A DNA stretch of 64,000 nt from Gemmatimonadota bacterium. GTDB taxonomy: Bacteria; JBHIER01; G020348925. The position numbers were made by a program, and so were the translations under genes. The stretch covers positions 4,355,688-4,419,687 of the forward strand of contig CP070758.1 in NCBI GenBank assembly GCA_020348925.1. Direction: 5' to 3'. Shown piece by piece: positions 39,747-48,518 of this stretch. The notes under the pieces are model-generated. The model was not told the DNA's origin, did no database searches, and saw only the letters and a list, made by a program, of their open reading frames with translations. The first letter of the stretch is position 1, and the number at the start of each line of letters is the position of its first letter.

Positions 39747-40853
39747 TCAACTCCGATGTTTCCATGTATATCGGGAGCGGAGATCATTGTGCCACGAGTT
39801 TTTAAATTGCTTATCATGCTGCAACCGTCCGACAATAATGCCATGATCAATGCCTAAGTGGTCCGCAAAACTTCGGATATCCCGGGAAGAATAAGAACCG
39901 TTTTCAAGGAATCCCGCGTAATCATTCGGTGGAATTAAAATATCTGCGGCGAATTGATCGGCTTCTTCCTCCTGCTTGCCCAATTTCATGTCAGTGTCTT
40001 CACCTTCAATGAAAACCATATTCTTGCCATGATAGAGTAGATGACAGAGTTCATGGAAAAGGCTAAACCAAAAAATATCAGCCCAACTGCCGCGGATTGT
40101 CAACATAAGGACTGCTTTCTTTTGGCCCAACCAGAATGTAGCGCCGTGGGCATAGGTCTTCGGTAAATGGGAACATAAGACCAGCACCACACCGGCATCC
40201 GAAAGCGTACCACGCAAATCTGCTTCAAATTTTTCTGGGGACTGTCGTGTCATGTGACGGAGAGTTGGGAGGGTATTTTCCAACTTGTGTTTATTAAATG
40301 GCGCACATTCGGTCTTCTGACCTTGAAGCTCTCCAATTCTCAACCAGGCGGCAACTGCCTCCGGTGATCGCTTTACTTTACCATGTCGCCCGTGACGAAA
40401 TACCACTTGATAACGCTTCAAGGCTGGAACATTCTTTAGTGAAGTAACACCAAAAAATCGCTGCAATTCCTGAACTTTATCTGTAGGTTTTGTTCTTTTT
40501 GCAATATAGCCCAACGCAGCCAATTTTGCATAACAAAATTTTGTGATCAGCCTGCTTTCATCCCTCAGTCGCTGTAGTTCCCTAATTTCTTGCTGGCGGG
40601 CTAAAGCCAAACGATATTCAGCTTCCAAACCTGTCCAGATATGTGCCGGGACACCGACAACCTTTTCTAACTGAAGGGCGGTATCTGGAGTTATAGCCTT
40701 ATTACCCGTAAAGATGGCACTCAGCTTCGGGGCAGGCCGGTTCATGCGCCGGGCCAGCTCGTCTTTGGTCATACCCAATTCACTTATGACTTCTTCAAGG
40801 TACTCGCCGGGAGGAATCGCTACATCAGAATGAATATCCTTTTTAATCATCAT
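39747..40853 (-). CDS. higA: HigA-family antitoxin (XRE HTH) fused to an ImmA/IrrE metallopeptidase domain
   Basis: AIPPGEYL..AITPDTALQLE..W.GLEAEY; DIFWFSLFHELCH (HExxH), EEEADQFA and IIVGRLQH motifs. Confidence 0.9.
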   Translation of the reverse strand: MMIKKDIHSDVAIPPGEYLEEVISELGMTKDELARRMNRPAPKLSAIFTGNKAITPDTALQLEKVVGVPAHIWTGLEAEYRLALARQQEIRELQRLRDESRLITKFCYAKLAALGYIAKRTKPTDKVQELQRFFGVTSLKNVPALKRYQVVFRHGRHGKVKRSPEAVAAWLRIGELQGQKTECAPFNKHKLENTLPTLRHMTRQSPEKFEADLRGTLSDAGVVLVLCSHLPKTYAHGATFWLGQKKAVLMLTIRGSWADIFWFSLFHELCHLLYHGKNMVFIEGEDTDMKLGKQEEEADQFAADILIPPNDYAGFLENGSYSSRDIRSFADHLGIDHGIIVGRLQHDKQFKNSWHNDLRSRYTWKHRS

Positions 40854-41145
40854 AATGCTTACTCACCTCCTCAATGCATGCTATTTCCAGAAGCTCGCCC
40901 TCAAGTTTGAAGATTAACCTATAAAACCCTGTCAGTTTTATCGACCATTCTCCCTGTCGATCTCCTTTCAAGGCATGGCAGTGTAAACCAGGCAAGGAAG
41001 AGAGTTCCTTAATATCATGAGCTTGTTTTATAATATTGATACGCTCAATATACTTACGTGCTAAGTCTCGTCCGTAGGCTTTTTCTGCCTCACGAAATTT
41101 CTCATACTGTTTCTGAAGTTTTCTTGTTCTGAAACGAACTTCCAC
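40843..41145 (-). CDS. higB: HigB-like toxin (RelE superfamily)
   Basis: HALKGDRQGEWSIKLTGFYRLIF; toxin-first order overlapping higA. Confidence 0.88.
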   Translation of the reverse strand: MEVRFRTRKLQKQYEKFREAEKAYGRDLARKYIERINIIKQAHDIKELSSLPGLHCHALKGDRQGEWSIKLTGFYRLIFKLEGELLEIACIEEVSKHYDD

Positions 41146-41176
41146 CCGAATTTCCCGTTTCTAATCCTCAGTTCAT

Positions 41177-41250
41177 CTTTACCGGTAAGTTAAAATATAT
41201 AATGAACATCTTGAAATATCAAGTAATTTCTTTACCTTTTAGGTAAAGAA
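41177..41250 (-). promoter_or_regulatory. higBA promoter with palindromic operators
   Basis: Minus strand TTGATA-17 bp-TATATT (41222-41194); inverted repeats TTCTTTACCT-TTT-AGGTAAAGAA (41228-41250) and TTACCGGTAA (41179-41188). Confidence 0.65.
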
Positions 41251-41261
41251 TATCAGTATGT

Positions 41262-41288
41262 AAAAAGAGGAGAGTGACTACTCTCTTC
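41262..41288 (-). terminator. Putative intrinsic terminator
   Basis: Minus strand GAGAGT-AGTC-ACTCTC followed by CTCTTTTT. Confidence 0.4.
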
Positions 41289-41505
41289 AATTATTTCATC
41301 ACACACTGAAATTGAAAAATAGAGTATTTATCTTTTCCTATACCCTAAGAACCAGTTGGAATTTTCGACCAACTTATTCATTACTTTTTAGGTCGTGCGA
41401 GAAGATTTTATTTTCCGGCTTTGAAGATAAAACAGGCGAAACGATGTAGCAAGTGAAAATTATGAATAATAAGGGCTTGCAAAAAATTGTAACTTTATGG
41501 GTTTG

Positions 41506-41677
41506 CTTTGATGGATTGAGATCGCCACGCCATGAACCTCAACAGTTCATACTGCGCAATGACATATTGTGTTCGTCGGCTATTTCTCTTCTTCCCAAAT
41601 CCCATGTTGGGAACAAACATTATTTGGGAAATAGAGTTTCTAGTTCATTATGCTCCCAAACGGAGATTGGAAACGAG
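41506..41677. repeat. Composite REP-like element (copy 1)
   Basis: GAGATCGCCACG..ATGAAC..GTTCAT..CGCAATGACATATTGTGTTC plus CCCAAA/TTGGGAA hairpins; direct repeat of 43771-43943. Confidence 0.8.
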
Positions 41678-41679
41678 GA

Positions 41680-41848
41680 GAGCTCGCCGAGGGGGAAGGC
41701 CCAATTTTATGAATCCTCAGACCGTATCCGCCTCCCTGAGCCCAAACCAATCGCTCTTCGTAGGTGGGTACCAGTTTTCGATGCACCGATTTGATCTGTC
41801 CCTGTCGGTTGATACAGATCGACGAACAGTATACGCTGTGACCTCCGC
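41680..41848 (-). pseudogene. Internal fragment of a nitrilase paralog
   Basis: Reads GGHSVYCSSICINRQGQIKSVHRKLVPTYEERLVWAQGGGYGLRIHKIG, collinear with the nitrilase at 43962-44933. Confidence 0.85.
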
Positions 41849-41876
41849 AAACCGCCGCATTGAATCGGTGCCAGCG

Positions 41877-43139
41877 TCATCTCATGACAACTATTTTTAT
41901 GTCTTCCGTCCGAGGATCACGATCCACTGAAAACCTGCAGAAATATATCCCACTGGCGACCTCAAGTCCTGCCTGATTCTTTCCATCCCAGGCCACAGTA
42001 TACATTCCCGATTCTTTTTCCTCATCCAACAACGTGAGTACCTCTTGTCCCAAAATATTAAATACCCTCAGCGATGCATGAACAGGAAATCTTCTTTCTC
42101 CTATCTGGAATGTGATATTCGTGGTTGAATTAAACGGGTTGGGATAATTCTGGTATATTGCAAAACCACAAGGTGCGGTCGGTATCTCGGTGACACCCGT
42201 CGGCGAACCCATGTCATAATACAACGAAAATTGACTGTTCTCATCTGTTTCGAATTCATTCAAAGTCGGTGAATACGTTTTGACTCTGATCTCGTTGTTG
42301 TCAGGAGAGAACTCCATGATCCTCAGCCAACCATCGCCTCCGTTTCTCCGGCCCTGATAATCGGAAACCAGTGAATAAACGGTGTTTCCATCGTATGTTT
42401 CCTGTCCGCGCCATTCCTCTGTACCCCAGTGACCGCAAAGCATTAAAAAAAAGTTTGAATGATGCTTCAATGCTTCATAGATAATCTCACCTTTTTCCGT
42501 GGGAGGGTGCCCCTCTCCGATAGCCGCTGAGTGATGTACGACCAAAGCCCGTCGAACGCTGTAAGTGTTGAGAAGACTGTCGGCCCAGCTCAATACCGGA
42601 GAGCCGGAGGTAATGGTGTATTCGAAAAATATGACAATGAAACTCAGGCCACTAACGCTGAAAAGTGCAAAGTGATTGTTGTTGTCATACCCGAAGTGAC
42701 CACCATAATAGTGGCGTCCTGAAAAACGCCCTGTTCCAAAATATTGGTTGTACAATTTGAACGGTTGATCGTGATTTCCCACTGCTATCCCGTAAGGTAT
42801 TCCATCGGCCAACCCTGTTGTGTGAGGATTTTCCAGAATACGCATGGCTTCGTCGGCCCGCCTCCATTCCGTTGACCGAAAACCGAACTCGACAACATCC
42901 CCCAGGTGAGCGACAAGGACGATGTTCAGGGAATCTACGTGATCGACAATCCACCGGGTCTGAGCTTGAAAGATATCAGGATTGCCTCCAAAGAGATTGC
43001 CGGTGTAATACTGAGTATCGGGCAGACCGATGATGGTAAAATCCCGGGCTGAAACCGGACAGGAGATGAGGATGTATAGTAAAAGTATTGCTGCCAGTCT
43101 TTGGTGTCCTCGAGTCGGTATATCTGTGGAAAGAGACAT
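41877..43139 (-). CDS. Secreted calcineurin-like metallophosphoesterase with FlgD/T9SS-type CTD
   Basis: PDTQ, HLGD, GNHD, HH and GH motifs; QNYPNPFN..FNILGQEV..WDG..ASGIYF. Confidence 0.88.
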   Translation of the reverse strand: MSLSTDIPTRGHQRLAAILLLYILISCPVSARDFTIIGLPDTQYYTGNLFGGNPDIFQAQTRWIVDHVDSLNIVLVAHLGDVVEFGFRSTEWRRADEAMRILENPHTTGLADGIPYGIAVGNHDQPFKLYNQYFGTGRFSGRHYYGGHFGYDNNNHFALFSVSGLSFIVIFFEYTITSGSPVLSWADSLLNTYSVRRALVVHHSAAIGEGHPPTEKGEIIYEALKHHSNFFLMLCGHWGTEEWRGQETYDGNTVYSLVSDYQGRRNGGDGWLRIMEFSPDNNEIRVKTYSPTLNEFETDENSQFSLYYDMGSPTGVTEIPTAPCGFAIYQNYPNPFNSTTNITFQIGERRFPVHASLRVFNILGQEVLTLLDEEKESGMYTVAWDGKNQAGLEVASGIYFCRFSVDRDPRTEDIKIVVMR

Positions 43140-43264
43140 GTGGTTTTACACTCCCCCAAATCTCCCTTTGAGAAGGGGACTTTTCAGTGGAGCATGTTTT
43201 CCGGGCATTGTATCTTTTCTGATGCCTGACCTCGATACGACGATGGTAAGGCATAGACCACTGA

Positions 43265-43504
43265 TTATTCTACTTCACCAAAATGCTTCCTGAATAACTC
43301 TTCCGAACGTTTGGCACCTTCATCCGTCAGCGCGACGGATTTTGCCTTGCTCTTTGGATCGTAGATGTATCCTTTTTCGAAGAGCCTGTCCATTGCACCC
43401 CAGTCCATACCCTTCCACGCTCTTAACTGTCTATGATCCTCAAAGGTGGTTAAAAACAGAAGGGCGAGAACCATCTCATCGACTTTATCTTTGTCATATT
43501 CCAT
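43265..43504 (-). CDS. DUF6429 family protein
   Basis: DKVDEMVLALL..RAWKGMDW..MDRL.EKGYI.DP.SKAKSV.LT.EG. Confidence 0.8.
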   Translation of the reverse strand: MEYDKDKVDEMVLALLFLTTFEDHRQLRAWKGMDWGAMDRLFEKGYIYDPKSKAKSVALTDEGAKRSEELFRKHFGEVE

Positions 43505-43520
43505 GGTTTGTCTCAAAAAG

Positions 43521-43704
43521 TTAATGTTTCATGCAATCAATAAACGCATTCCCTTTCTTTTTAATGAGAAGAAGCGGCAGGAGAATTTCCCGCAAGTCCT
43601 CGATGGCAGCGCTTTCCTGTCCCCTTTTTGTGATACACCCTGATCTGTGGCTGCCCAAATCTCGATGTGTCATAAAATCTGTATTTTCGCTTCAAAATCT
43701 TCAT
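43521..43704 (-). pseudogene. Probable frameshifted or internally deleted small gene
   Basis: MKILKRKYRFYDTSRFGQPQIRVYHKKGTGKR, then protein-like AIEDLREILLPLLLIKKKG in another frame ending just before DUF6429. Confidence 0.4.
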
Positions 43705-43770
43705 GGCGCCACCCTGTTCCTTATCATTAATCACCAGCAACAATTCTCGTGTGATTTGCAAAACGAACTA

Positions 43771-43943
43771 CTTTGATTGGTATGAGATTGCCACGACATG
43801 AACATCAATGGTTCATGACTCGCAATGACATATTGTGTTCAGAGATTTCTTCTCACACTCTTTCGCGCCAGTTTGGGAGCGGACATTATTTAGGAAACGG
43901 AGTTTCCCATTCATTGCGTTCCCAAACAGAGTTTGGGAACGAG
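43771..43943. repeat. Composite REP-like element (copy 2)
   Basis: GAGATTGCCACG..CTCGCAATGACATATTGTGTTC...GGAAACGGAGTTTCC..CGTTCCCAAACAGAGTTTGGGAACGAG. Confidence 0.8.
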
Positions 43944-43961
43944 TCTGAAAAGAGCATCTAT

Positions 43962-44933
43962 TCACTCCGTGATTTTTAAAATCGTCTGCCGCTTCCTATT
44001 GACGACAAGCCGGGTGACATCCGGGCGGGAATAGTGACCGGAGGGATCGAAGTTCTGGCGCTCCTGTTTCACCTTTTCATGGTCGATAGTGGCGACGAGC
44101 AACTCCTCACGGTCGGCGACTGGCTCAATGATCCATTTTCCGTCAGGCCCTGCCAGGCACGATCCGCCGTCGGCAATGATGTCTGTGCACTGAGACAAGA
44201 TTTTCGCGGCATGAGGGACGTCTGTTGGAATATCATCTTTCCTTAAAAGACCGGAAACGGACATGACGTAAGAACGGGATTCCACGGCAATGAACCGTGT
44301 AATATCCTGCGTATTGCGAACGCTGCCGGGCCAGAGTGCTATGTGTAAGTCTTCGCCTTGAGCATAAAGAGCAGTGCGAACCAACGGCATCCAGTTCTCC
44401 CAGCAGTTGAGCCCGCCAATCGTGAAGGACCCGAGTTTATGGACTCTCAGACCGTGTCCGTCACCCTGAGCCCAGGTCAACCGCTCCTCATAGGTCGGCA
44501 CGAGCTTGCGATGGACGGATTTGATCTGTCCCCGCTGGTCGATGGACACCAGGGAACAATATATACTGTGACCGCCACGATCCCCGGCTCTTTCGACAGT
44601 GCCCAAAATAACAGCAATGGCCCTTTTGGCTGACATTTCACAAATGGAATCCAAATCACCCGATCCAATATGAACAGCTTGATTCATATAATAGGCATGC
44701 AACTCCTTTTGTACGGATGAATTGAAACGAGCCCCATCAGTGCGCTCGATCCAGAAAGGATATCCAGGCAGCACGGCTTCTCCGAAAGCCACGAGCTGGC
44801 AATCCTCGTCCGCCGCTTTTTCAATAGAGTTCACAATTTTAGCGGTTGTCTTTTCACGGTTGAGCCACACAGGGGCGATCTGAGCCAAACCGACCCTCAA
44901 CGTGTTCGAGATATGAGCCACTTCACGCTTCAT
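43962..44933 (-). CDS. Nitrilase (carbon-nitrogen hydrolase)
   Basis: Catalytic triad motifs FGEA..PGYP, HRKLVPTYEER and LNCWENW; C-terminal DPSGHYSRPD. Confidence 0.93.
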   Translation of the reverse strand: MKREVAHISNTLRVGLAQIAPVWLNREKTTAKIVNSIEKAADEDCQLVAFGEAVLPGYPFWIERTDGARFNSSVQKELHAYYMNQAVHIGSGDLDSICEMSAKRAIAVILGTVERAGDRGGHSIYCSLVSIDQRGQIKSVHRKLVPTYEERLTWAQGDGHGLRVHKLGSFTIGGLNCWENWMPLVRTALYAQGEDLHIALWPGSVRNTQDITRFIAVESRSYVMSVSGLLRKDDIPTDVPHAAKILSQCTDIIADGGSCLAGPDGKWIIEPVADREELLVATIDHEKVKQERQNFDPSGHYSRPDVTRLVVNRKRQTILKITE

Positions 44934-44982
44934 AATACTTTATCCTGTTTTCCTAAGGAACAATGATTTCGAAATTCACCAT

Positions 44983-45261
44983 CTATATCGGCTTTTTAGA
45001 GATGTTCCGTTTTTGTCCTATCCTCAGGATAACGACATCTTGCTCCATGATCGTAAAAACAATACGATAGTTCCCAAATCCATACCTCCGGAGTCCCTTG
45101 AACTGGCCGTTCATAGCAGGGTAAGCATCAGCATTATCCGCCAGATCTTTTTCGAGTTGATCCATAAGTGCAAGCTGGTCGATGAGTCGGAGAGCGCCGC
45201 CCTTACTCAGTTTCTCGAGATCGCGAAGAACGGATTCTTTGTATGCGATTTTATATGCCAA
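44983..45261 (-). CDS. RelE/StbE-family toxin (degenerate-looking)
   Basis: YKIAYKESVLRDLEKL..GQFKGLRRY..GNYRIVF..VILRIG; overlaps the antitoxin stop. Confidence 0.75.
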   Translation of the reverse strand: MAYKIAYKESVLRDLEKLSKGGALRLIDQLALMDQLEKDLADNADAYPAMNGQFKGLRRYGFGNYRIVFTIMEQDVVILRIGQKRNISKKPI

Positions 45262-45469
45262 GGGACTCCTTCAACTTTTTGCCGGATATTATGGGGTCAG
45301 TTGTATCGTGTATCCTGTCAAAGGCAATTTGAAGATCGGCATAATCTGCAAGATAGGCCTCTAAAGCCTTCTGAATGATGTAAGACCTCGGTCTTTCCGT
45401 CTCCTTGGCAACACTATCGAGTTGTCTGACAAGATCTTCCGGGATTCTTACTGATATGGCTAAAGTCAT
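45251..45469 (-). CDS. Ribbon-helix-helix (CopG) antitoxin
   Basis: AISVRIPEDL..LDSVAKETERPRSYIIQKALEAYL; AGGAGG RBS. Confidence 0.88.
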   Translation of the reverse strand: MTLAISVRIPEDLVRQLDSVAKETERPRSYIIQKALEAYLADYADLQIAFDRIHDTTDPIISGKKLKESLGI

Positions 45470-45487
45470 TGTAACCTCCTGCAACGT

Positions 45488-45525
45488 TTGTATTACAATG
45501 TATACATTCATCACATGAAATGCAA
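45488..45525 (-). promoter_or_regulatory. TA promoter with overlapping palindromic operators
   Basis: Minus strand TTGCAT-17 bp-TACATT; palindromes TTGTATTACAA and AATGTATACATT overlap the -10 box. Confidence 0.65.
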
Positions 45526-45857
45526 CGATTTTTATCAGGAAAACCGGGTGAAGGAATCTCATAATGGTACTTCAGATTATTATCTTACCTGTCAAATCAA
45601 GGTTTTTAATTAATAATTATATGTTTTATTTAAATTTATGAAACACGCTCGCATACTACTCGAGACGCGAGAGAAACCACCGCAAATTATTGATCACGAC
45701 TCCCTCAAGCTTCTCCATTCGGCCACTTGTTGTCAAAGCACAAATAACTCAGCAATGAAACATATCAGGAGTCGGACATTCTAACTGCAGCAAAGAATAA
45801 GTACTGGCTCTGTATCCTCCGAGGAATACAGCCGATTTTAGAATGTTCTTAATGGCT

Positions 45858-47222
45858 TCAGTGTTTTTCAATGTATTCGAAAATCTTCATGAGAGCCGGA
45901 TCTTTACGGTGAAAGTACTCTTCGGAACGCGCTTGATGCTGAATATGTGGCTCGATCCACGTGCGGTCGTCCCACGGATAGCGAGTATTCATCCAATACC
46001 ACTTTGACACCATCAGATTGAATCGACTGTTTGGCAAGGGGATAAATTCAGGATCTGCATAGTGGTTTGGAGGAGCACCGGTCGGCTCCCCGACAAAGAT
46101 AGGGTCGCAATGTTTTTCCAGCCAGGCAATGCATTGTACGGCCGCACTGACGTTCTTGCGCCCTGTGAGAACAAAGAAATGCCCCTTCCTGTTGATACGG
46201 TCATGTTTGATCACACCATGTATGAGCGGCTCTAAATATGTGTTTGTCCCTCCAAGGTTATGCCTCATATCAATGATGAGTCGATCGACCGGATTCGCCT
46301 CAATATAAGACCATAATCTCGAATTAACATCGGCAAAGCTCTCACTTTCATCGTTCGCGCACTGATTGAAACACATATACACTGTTTTATATTCCTCCAA
46401 ATATTCAAACCAGTATGGAGAGTCGAAATGCTTTATATATAACGGAAGACCTTCTGACTGATCTGAAAATATTGAGACGTATGTATCTGTCGGAACGGCA
46501 TGCTGAAGCCAGTACCATGAATAGAATTCATCTGAATCAAATGGCTCGGCTTCCAGGCTCAATTCGATGCGCTCTCCATTTTTGTCTTCCACAAGAAGAT
46601 ATAAGATCTGTTCGTCCTCAACAATATGAAGTCCATTCATAACAGATGACATCATGAAAAACAGGGGGGCAAAATAGATTTGCGAATATACGTTATCGCC
46701 GGAGGTGATGCTTTGCACTTTTTCGAAAGCATCCCCCGCCGTGAGATTTCCTATTTGAAGAACCTTGCACCCATAGGCACCGGAATACTTCGTCGAAACG
46801 GCTGTGACGAAGAGTCCGTCTGAGAATTTCTCGACCCGAACGGGGAACCATCCATCCGTCAGATGAGGGCTGATGAGCCTTGTATGCCAATCTCCGATGA
46901 GTGCGGCGATTCGCAACAGACCAGCGCGTATTTCATTTCCGGTGAGATAAGGTATGTTTTCGTAAAATGCATCCACCTCTGCAAAGAAAGTTGCGTCGCC
47001 TATTTTAAAAAAGAGATTGGGATGCAATGCTTCCATTTTTTCAACCATGAATCGGAGATCCTCTCTCCATTGTTGGGTTGATAGTTGCGTTGCATCCCTT
47101 CCCCAGATCGATTGATTTAAAATGAAAACAGATATGATAAGCATACCTATAGAAGTGTGCACAACTGCTCCTATTTTCTGCTGACATGCTCTGTTTGGTG
47201 ACAATCCTGAGAGTTTCAACAT
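45858..47222 (-). CDS. S41-family-like peptidase (start uncertain)
   Basis: WREDL..LHPN, IIDMRHNLGG, GRKNVSAA and FVGEPTG motifs. Confidence 0.75.
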   Translation of the reverse strand: MLKLSGLSPNRACQQKIGAVVHTSIGMLIISVFILNQSIWGRDATQLSTQQWREDLRFMVEKMEALHPNLFFKIGDATFFAEVDAFYENIPYLTGNEIRAGLLRIAALIGDWHTRLISPHLTDGWFPVRVEKFSDGLFVTAVSTKYSGAYGCKVLQIGNLTAGDAFEKVQSITSGDNVYSQIYFAPLFFMMSSVMNGLHIVEDEQILYLLVEDKNGERIELSLEAEPFDSDEFYSWYWLQHAVPTDTYVSIFSDQSEGLPLYIKHFDSPYWFEYLEEYKTVYMCFNQCANDESESFADVNSRLWSYIEANPVDRLIIDMRHNLGGTNTYLEPLIHGVIKHDRINRKGHFFVLTGRKNVSAAVQCIAWLEKHCDPIFVGEPTGAPPNHYADPEFIPLPNSRFNLMVSKWYWMNTRYPWDDRTWIEPHIQHQARSEEYFHRKDPALMKIFEYIEKH

Positions 47223-47425
47223 TGCTGTACACCATCCGCGTTCAAATCATCTTCCGAAAAATAAACTGAAACGGATCTTCTTTTGCGTTTGGAAAGAACG
47301 AGGTCGGCTTGCTTGTGATTTCAAAGGGATGAGAAAGAGATTGGCGCATTCATAATTATTACGATTCACCATACAAATGAAAAATTTCAATGGAGATATA
47401 CACATTTTCATTCATCCGTGCGATA

Positions 47426-48127
47426 TCACCAATCGATGAGCCGGCCGCTCATGATATCGTGAAACCCACAAAGAGTCTCACCATCAACCTGATCGATCCA
47501 ATCCGCCAGCGCAGTTGCCGCATCACGAGGATCGGTGTCGGCATCGGGTGCTCCCACTTCGGTCTTCAATCTCCCAGGATGAACGGCGAGGACTCTGATG
47601 CCCTGTTTGCGAAGCTCTTGATCCAAACATGCCGTGAGCATGTTCTGGGCGCACTTGGCAATGGGGTAGGAGTAAATGGTGCTCCCTTTACCGGACATGA
47701 CCCTTGCAATCGAGCCAAACCGAGAGGAGATGTTAACAACAGCGGGTTTTTCCGATTTTTTCAGGTAGGGAAGCGCTGTCTTCGTGCACCGTAATACTCC
47801 ACTGCAGTGAACTCGAAACAGATCCTCGAGATCCTCGGGATACGTCTGTCCTAATCCCCTAAGTTTTTTAACATTTCCTGCATTGTTGATGAGGACATCC
47901 AAGGAATTGCAATACGATTCAAGAATCCTGCTTATTTCGTGTTCCGCGCGCGGGGCGGCAACATCCGCTACAATCGGATGACAAGTCGCCTCCGTTGAAG
48001 CTTGGAGTTGTGAGGCGACAACAGGATTTCTGACCAGGGGAAAGATCGTCCATCGACGCTGGGCATAGATTTCGAACAATTCGCGACCAAATCCTCTGCT
48101 GGCACCGGTGATCAATACAGAAGGCAT
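47426..48127 (-). CDS. Short-chain dehydrogenase (CsgA/C-signal-like)
   Basis: TGASRGFG, INNAG, SSRFGSI, YPIAK and HPGRLKT motifs. Confidence 0.88.
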   Translation of the reverse strand: MPSVLITGASRGFGRELFEIYAQRRWTIFPLVRNPVVASQLQASTEATCHPIVADVAAPRAEHEISRILESYCNSLDVLINNAGNVKKLRGLGQTYPEDLEDLFRVHCSGVLRCTKTALPYLKKSEKPAVVNISSRFGSIARVMSGKGSTIYSYPIAKCAQNMLTACLDQELRKQGIRVLAVHPGRLKTEVGAPDADTDPRDAATALADWIDQVDGETLCGFHDIMSGRLIDW

Positions 48128-48518
48128 CTCTCTTTGTCTTTCCTGTTTCGCGTTTTCGCCCGGATTATTCTGAGCGCAGCATTGCTGCGATCAAAAGATC
48201 AAACGATCCGGTTTCCATGCATTACCACACCATTCCGTTACAGATCACTGATGCCCGTTCATGGCTGACGATGCTCGAAGCTTCCTTCTTTTGACCATCA
48301 GTGCTTTCGCCCGCCGAGTTTCCGTTGATGAATATCGAATTTCGATGGCGATAAACCGGCTTTTCCGACGCAAGAGTTGTTGGGTAGAATAAAAAACTTC
48401 GCTCAAAAAACTAACTTTCATGAGGCACTCTAACATCAATTTGAATGCCAGCCACATGGGGCGCTTCCATTCCCTTACGATGGTTAGAGTAAGTTTCAAG
48501 ACCCCGCAACCTGACCTA

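Noticed and set aside
39403-39846. 147-aa plus-strand ORF as an intact gene
   Set aside because: A chimera of IS256 N-terminus, MITE and antisense higA sequence
41453-43979. Similar small ORFs at 41453 and 43773
   Set aside because: Their similarity comes from the shared composite palindromic repeat, not from a protein family
48165-48220. PIN/VapC-like peptide GSFDLLIAAM on the minus strand
   Set aside because: Too short, with no extended homology visible
48434-48452. Sigma54 promoter-like TGGCATTCAAATTGA on the minus strand
   Set aside because: The -12 element is GA rather than the near-invariant GC, and it lies over 300 bp from the next gene; insufficient support
36000-48500. Integron cassette array or CRISPR array
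   Set aside because: No tyrosine integrase, no convincing RYYYAAC...GTTRRRY attC pairs and no regularly spaced repeat-spacer units
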